A stretch of 47,216 bases of DNA, taken from positions 1 through 47,216 of the forward strand of contig CAZGJX010000019.1 in the NCBI GenBank assembly GCA_964525635.1. The letters run 5' to 3'. Shown here piece by piece: positions 42,301 through 47,216 of the stretch. Under the pieces are notes generated by a model. The model did no database searches. It saw nothing but the letters and a program-made list of their open reading frames with translations, and had not been told where the DNA came from. The DNA comes from an uncultured archaeon. Its GTDB lineage: Archaea > Asgardarchaeota > Lokiarchaeia > Sigyniarchaeales > SOKP01. Numbering within the stretch: position 1 is the first letter of the stretch; each line of letters begins with the position of its first letter. A program made the position numbers and the translations under genes.

Positions 42301-43547
42301 GAGTTGAGATCCCGGTCGATACGATTTCCACAGTCACAAATAATAATTTTCTCGAAAATTGAACGCTTTTTCAGTCTTCCACATTTACAACAGGCTTTTA
42401 TTGTCTTTGATTCATTAATTCTTATTACTCTCTTACCTACTTTTTCTGCTTTATAGGTTAAAAATTTAACAAATCTTGACAAATACCCTGTGTTTTGAAC
42501 CGAATGGTTGAGTGTTTTATGGATTATATTCTTTTTACTATTTTCAGTACCCTTCTTTTTCTGAGCCATTTGTTTTACTTTTAACTTTCCAACAATGATT
42601 GTATTCGCTTTCGTATTAGAGATAATTTGGTGTGAAAGCCAATGTTGATAATCTTTAAGTTGATAAGAGCATTTTTTAATCATCTTACATAATTTAGAAT
42701 TATACCAATACCATCTATTACTATATCTCTTACAATGGTCTCGTTTTGATTGTACCTCCTCTATCTTTTTTTTCCAATAGAGATCTGGTCTTCTATGAGT
42801 AAATTGTATTGATTTTCCGAAAAGATTCATAGCAACCGTTTGATTAATTCCTAAATCAAATGCTTGATACAAGGAATTATCATGATAATTAGGTGTATTA
42901 ACTTCATATGTGAGGGAAATAAACCATTTCTTATTGGATTGAAACAATTCTACTTGCATTATCTTTTCTTTGGGTATAAGAAAAGGGGGAATAGTAAATT
43001 GAAGGAGGATATTTGAAGGATGTTTATGAGAGAGTGTAATGGAATTTTCATAGAGTTTAAATCCAGATTGGTTATAACAAAGAGTAGTAAAGTACTTCTT
43101 TCCTTTAAAAAATGGAGGTCGTGCTTTTTTATCTCCCTTATTCCAAAGAGAAAAAAAAGATTTGTAATTCCTATCAAGTTTTTCAAGTGTAGTTTGAAGG
43201 ACCTTCGAATATACCCATTTATACTCCGGATATTTTTCTTTTATTAAGGGTAATGCTCTCGATTGAGTGAGATAGGTAATATAATTGCAATTTTGTTTTG
43301 ATTTCTTTTTATTTTATCGCCAATTTTCCATTCGTTCTGCCAACGCAAAATTATACAAGAGACGACATCTTTCTGAGAGTATCCAGAGTACTTGCTCTTG
43401 TTCTTTAGAAGGAAAAATCCTCATTTTTTGCGAAAGTTTCATTAATACAATTATATAATAGGATTTAGTAAAAATAGGAAGAGTTTGACAATTTAATAAT
43501 TTCCTTTTTTTACTCAATTCATCCCCTCCTTGAGGGGAAGGGTCTTC
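42111..43547 (-). mobile_element. IS200/IS605-superfamily, tnpB-only (IS1341-type) element
   Basis: Left end GAAGACCCTTCCCCTCAAGGAGGGGATGAATT; right end GAAGCCACAGCCTCTAGGCTGTGTGTAGTTCAC; no tnpA. Confidence 0.88.
42144..43442 (-). pseudogene. tnpB: TnpB RNA-guided nuclease with one premature TAA (43314-43316)
   Basis: MKLSQKMRIFP...LYNFAL is in frame with ORF 42144-42959 (AFDLG, NES, CCKC..CDC, DRDLNSAINI). Confidence 0.9.
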
Positions 43548-43597
43548 TTAAACAATAATGTAAAATTTTATTTTTCTAATTTCATAATCTTATATTA

Positions 43598-45016
43598 ATG
43601 AAACTAGCTGATTTCAAATCAACTCTAGGAAAAAAAGATTTTAGATTAAAGTCAGTTAAAAATCGTGTAAAAGAGCAAAGAAAACTTTTTGGTCCAGAAT
43701 CTAGTGGACCACAATTAGACTTATTTTATGGATTTTTATGTATTATATATGATGGAATTGATTCTATAGAAAAAATTAAAAAAAAAATGCGTTGGCTCTT
43801 TCTATCTACTATGTCTCAATTGGTTATAGAAGATCAAGATATAGAAGAGTATATACATCTCGCAAGATATAAGAATTTTATAAAATTGAATACTGATGAT
43901 AATATATCCCTTACAGATCAAGGAAAAGCATATGTTGAAAAAAATTATTGTCTAATGCTTATAACTTCCCATTGGATGCACAAATTTCTCAGTGAAAAAT
44001 TTGTGTTAATAATAACAGCTATATCTTTATTTTTTCTCTCCATATTAAAAATATGTTTTGGAATGTCTATTGATAGTCAGGGAATGATATCAGAAGGATT
44101 GGAAAACCTAACAGATATGATAAAAATTGCAATAATCTACTTCGGAATTCGTTTCCATAAAGATCGTACTGCTAGTATAGTTATAATTTTATTGATGATT
44201 TTTACAGGATTAACACTAATTTGGTCAAGTATAGAGTCATTAATCAATTTATCTCCAATTATGGTCAATTTTGAATCATTTCTCATAGGAGGATTATCTA
44301 TTTTAATAAATAGAGCATTAATGTATTATAAAGGTATTGTGGGACGAGCTTCGGGAAATCTGTCATTATTAAGTGATTCAAAGGATTCTGAAATAAATTC
44401 ATTAATTAGTATTGGGGTTCTAATTGGATTATTTTTTGCTATTTTTAAGTGGTATATAATTGATTCTTTTGTTAGTCTAATCATAGCTGGTTTAATTATC
44501 AAGGAAGGGATAGAATTTCTAAGAGAATTAATTGTTAAAGAAGATGAATTTGATATAAGTACAATTCATGTCAAGGCTGATAATATCTATAAAAATCGAC
44601 TGACAGGATATTTAATTGCGAATATAAGAAGAAATCGTATTAGTTCATCTAAATTGTTAATTAAATTTGAAGAAGGATTAGGACTTGGTAGAACTTATTG
44701 GGAAGGATGGGCGGATTTTTTTTATGATGAATTAGGTGAAAAAATAGCTAGAAAACACCTAAATAAATTAATTGAGGGAAAAGAAATAAAGGAGATAGAT
44801 AATGAATTAATTTTAACACCTAAAGGAATTGATGCATATCATAAAGCAAAATCAAGACAATATAGTAGACAAAATAGAAGAAATAAAAGAGATTCTGAAG
44901 AAAGAAATAATAACTTTGTGGGAATAATTTGGATCACTTTCACAGTATTAATTATAACATTATTAATTATTTACGGTCCAAAAATTGTTGAATTTATAAA
45001 TTCTTTTATTCAATAA
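43598..45016 (+). CDS. Cation diffusion facilitator TM domain flanked by wHTH-like domains
   Basis: EGLENLTD, SLLSDSKDS, IDSFVSLII; LTDQG and LTPKG wing motifs. Confidence 0.75.
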   Translation: MKLADFKSTLGKKDFRLKSVKNRVKEQRKLFGPESSGPQLDLFYGFLCIIYDGIDSIEKIKKKMRWLFLSTMSQLVIEDQDIEEYIHLARYKNFIKLNTDDNISLTDQGKAYVEKNYCLMLITSHWMHKFLSEKFVLIITAISLFFLSILKICFGMSIDSQGMISEGLENLTDMIKIAIIYFGIRFHKDRTASIVIILLMIFTGLTLIWSSIESLINLSPIMVNFESFLIGGLSILINRALMYYKGIVGRASGNLSLLSDSKDSEINSLISIGVLIGLFFAIFKWYIIDSFVSLIIAGLIIKEGIEFLRELIVKEDEFDISTIHVKADNIYKNRLTGYLIANIRRNRISSSKLLIKFEEGLGLGRTYWEGWADFFYDELGEKIARKHLNKLIEGKEIKEIDNELILTPKGIDAYHKAKSRQYSRQNRRNKRDSEERNNNFVGIIWITFTVLIITLLIIYGPKIVEFINSFIQ

Positions 45017-45075
45017 ATTCATTATTGGAATTAAGAAATGAATAGTCTTTTCCTATATAAATTATGAATAATTTT

Positions 45076-45465
45076 TTAACAGTATTGATTTATCTTATCA
45101 AAATAACCATTGATATGTTCCAATATCGTATCAACATTTGTACTATCATTTATAATAAGAGTTAAAAATACATTTTTCTCATCACTTTTCAATATCATTA
45201 AAGAGATATCTTCCAATTGCGCTATAATTTTTTGTAGACTCCTTCCTCCAATAGTTTTCCCTAATCCATCCGCACTTTTCAAGACAGAAGCTACCATTGG
45301 TATAAATTCTTCCATATTATAATCTAAGTCAGTCTCTTTTACAATTAACCTTCCATCAAGATAAGACAATATTATTCCTGATAATTTAGCTATGGTTTTT
45401 ATATTAGTGATAATACCTGATAATTGATCATAGTCTGGAATATTTGATGATTTTTTACTGCTCAT
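45076..45465 (-). CDS. Roadblock/LC7 domain protein
   Basis: LSGIILSYLDGRLI, MVASVL, LQKIIAQLED. Confidence 0.8.
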   Translation of the reverse strand: MSSKKSSNIPDYDQLSGIITNIKTIAKLSGIILSYLDGRLIVKETDLDYNMEEFIPMVASVLKSADGLGKTIGGRSLQKIIAQLEDISLMILKSDEKNVFLTLIINDSTNVDTILEHINGYFDKINQYC

Positions 45466-45539
45466 AATTAAAAATAATTTATTTTTAATATCTAAAATAA
45501 TTAATATCTATTTAATTAATTAATGGTAAAAAAGAAAAA

Positions 45540-46937
45540 ATGAATATAAATAAAGATAATATAGAAATTCTAAAAAATGATAATGATAATTTTATTCAGA
45601 ATGAATTAATACCTTTTCTTAAAATTCCTAGTTATACATTGAATAAAGAAGGAATCAATGATGCAAAAGATTTCATAAAATCATATATTATGGATTTCTG
45701 TGAAGATATAAGTCAATTTGAAGGTCAAATTAATCCTTTCATATTTGCTAAAGTTAAAGGTAAAATAGATACGCCTTTATTAATCTATATGATGTATGAT
45801 ACCCAACCTATAAATGAATATAATAGATGGATTTCCCCTCCTTTTAATGCAAATATAAGGAATCTTCCTTCTTTAGAAAATATTGGTGAATGTATAATTG
45901 CTAGAGGAGCATATAATTCAAAAACTCCATTGTTAGCATTTCTGAATGTTGTTAGAATTCTTAAGTCAATGGATATGTTACCTATATCTCTATATTTAAT
46001 TTTTGATGGAGAAGAGGAAATGGGGTCTCCTACCTTTTCAAAGATATTAGAAGAAAATAAAAATCTTTTTAAATCTTGTATAGATGCATATTATCCCTCT
46101 ATTAAACAAGATTTAAGTGGTAAAGCCGTATTAAAATTGGGATATAAAGGATTGCTTTCTTTAACTATCAAAACAATTTCAAACAACCAAGAGGTTCATT
46201 CTTCATATAGTAATATTGTTCCAAAACCCTCTTTAGATTTATTAGAAGTAATACAAGGAATTTATTCAAACAATCATTTTCAAATTACTCCACTTTCAAA
46301 AGTTTATGATCTCTCAGATCAAGAAATAGTATTGATAAATAGTTTAGCTAATAAAGAAAATATAAATGATATTTTAAATAAAGCAGGTATAAATCAAATA
46401 ACTGCAGATAATCCTTATAATTTATTTAAAAATTATTTATTTGATCCAACTTTTAATCTTTCTACATTTAAATCTGGGTATTTAAAAGAAGGAATAAAAA
46501 ACTCCGTACCAAATTTAGCTTCATGTAATATAGATATCCGATTTGCGCATCAATTATCTTCTAAAGCGATATTTGATGTAATTAAAAACAAGATCTCTGA
46601 ATTAAGTAAAAACATTAGATCTAAAGTAGATATAAAAATAAATAATGGGTATGAAAGTTCGAGAATAGATAGTAAATCCAGATTGGTAAAAAGTCTTATA
46701 AAGACTTTTGAAATACTTAATATCAAAACAGAAATCTGGCCTATTAGTGCAGCTGCAGCTCCGTTAAGCAAAATTCAAAAGGAATTAGGAATTAATTATA
46801 TAACTGCCGGCTTGGGAATTGGTGGAAATGCTCATTGTGCAAATGAATTTGTTCAAGTAAAATCAATAATTAATACAAGATTATCATATTACTATTTCTT
46901 AGAAACCTATTCTAATTTTATTTCAAAAAATAATTAG
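45540..46937 (+). CDS. M20-family metallopeptidase/amidohydrolase with non-canonical metal ligands
   Basis: YMMYDTQP, W..PPF, ARGAYNSK, GEEEMGSP, NAHCANE. Confidence 0.85.
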   Translation: MNINKDNIEILKNDNDNFIQNELIPFLKIPSYTLNKEGINDAKDFIKSYIMDFCEDISQFEGQINPFIFAKVKGKIDTPLLIYMMYDTQPINEYNRWISPPFNANIRNLPSLENIGECIIARGAYNSKTPLLAFLNVVRILKSMDMLPISLYLIFDGEEEMGSPTFSKILEENKNLFKSCIDAYYPSIKQDLSGKAVLKLGYKGLLSLTIKTISNNQEVHSSYSNIVPKPSLDLLEVIQGIYSNNHFQITPLSKVYDLSDQEIVLINSLANKENINDILNKAGINQITADNPYNLFKNYLFDPTFNLSTFKSGYLKEGIKNSVPNLASCNIDIRFAHQLSSKAIFDVIKNKISELSKNIRSKVDIKINNGYESSRIDSKSRLVKSLIKTFEILNIKTEIWPISAAAAPLSKIQKELGINYITAGLGIGGNAHCANEFVQVKSIINTRLSYYYFLETYSNFISKNN

Positions 46938-47162
46938 AAAGTATGAAACAATCCTCTAAAACCCCTTTTTTTTGCTATAATTGCTTGTTGTGCACATAAT
47001 TCAGAGCAACATAGGCAAGATATACATTTTTTTCTTTCAAATTCAGGAAGTCGATTTTTATCAAACTTAATAGCTTTCGCTGGACATATTTCAGCACAAT
47101 CACCACATTTTACGCAGTATTTCTTTTTTAATACTGGAATTTTCTTCTTTATTTTATAGAAT
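46934..47162 (-). pseudogene. C-terminal 2x[4Fe-4S] domain of a larger gene (DUF362-like), cut by the terminal repeat
   Basis: CVKCGDCAEICP...CISCLCCSELC; the annotated ATG (47185) lies inside the repeat. Confidence 0.65.
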
Positions 47163-47216
47163 ACCGTTGCAAAAAATCTGGACATTATTGGACATCCAGC
47201 TTGAGGGCCAACAACG
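47163..47216. repeat. Second copy of the terminal repeat (inverted relative to 16-69)
   Basis: Direct sequence comparison, one mismatch. Confidence 0.85.

Noticed and set aside
109-43316. TAA reassigned as sense (in-frame TAA at 109, 4277, 11094, 43314)
   Set aside because: Most intact genes here end in TAA, AT-biased mutation explains the stops, and readthrough at 11094 would still leave 10 extra residues in the P-loop.
409-46771. Short antisense or overlapping ORFs (e.g. 3383-3655, 11044-11244, 28509-29216, 42136-42456, 42959-43186)
   Set aside because: Shadows of longer well-supported genes, with no motifs of their own.
1-47216. Linear plasmid, virus or composite transposon with terminal inverted repeats
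   Set aside because: Content is core chromosomal with no replication or capsid genes; an assembly break at a repeat is simpler.
1-47216. tRNA or rRNA genes
   Set aside because: No GC-rich cloverleaf or rRNA-like segment seen by eye; tRNAscan-SE would confirm.

Overview
Very AT-rich archaeal chromosomal contig, most likely from a Lokiarchaeia-type Asgard archaeon. It carries archaeal TFB, aIF5B, class I CCA-adding enzyme and Taw1, a divergent EF-2 paralog, an Arf/Rag-like GTPase, roadblock and longin-like proteins, and bacterial-type uvrA/uvrB. The main discovery is in the aIF5B/IF-2 gene, which really starts at 10992. Its P-loop (GHIDHG^KT) is split by a 30-nt insertion carrying an in-frame TAA. 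The pre-mRNA folds into a relaxed bulge-helix-bulge whose predicted cut sites remove exactly 30 nt (11080-11109) and restore GHIDHGKTS, making it a candidate tRNA-endonuclease-spliced mRNA intron in an Asgard translation factor. Other notable items are an IS1341-type tnpB element with Fanzor-like rearranged RuvC and one nonsense codon, a MITE-like imperfect palindrome, the same 54-bp repeat inverted at both contig ends, a Taw1 with an inserted wHTH-like domain, a PaxB-like membrane terpene cyclase, and several pseudogenes. All assignments come from motif reading by eye; no searches were run.
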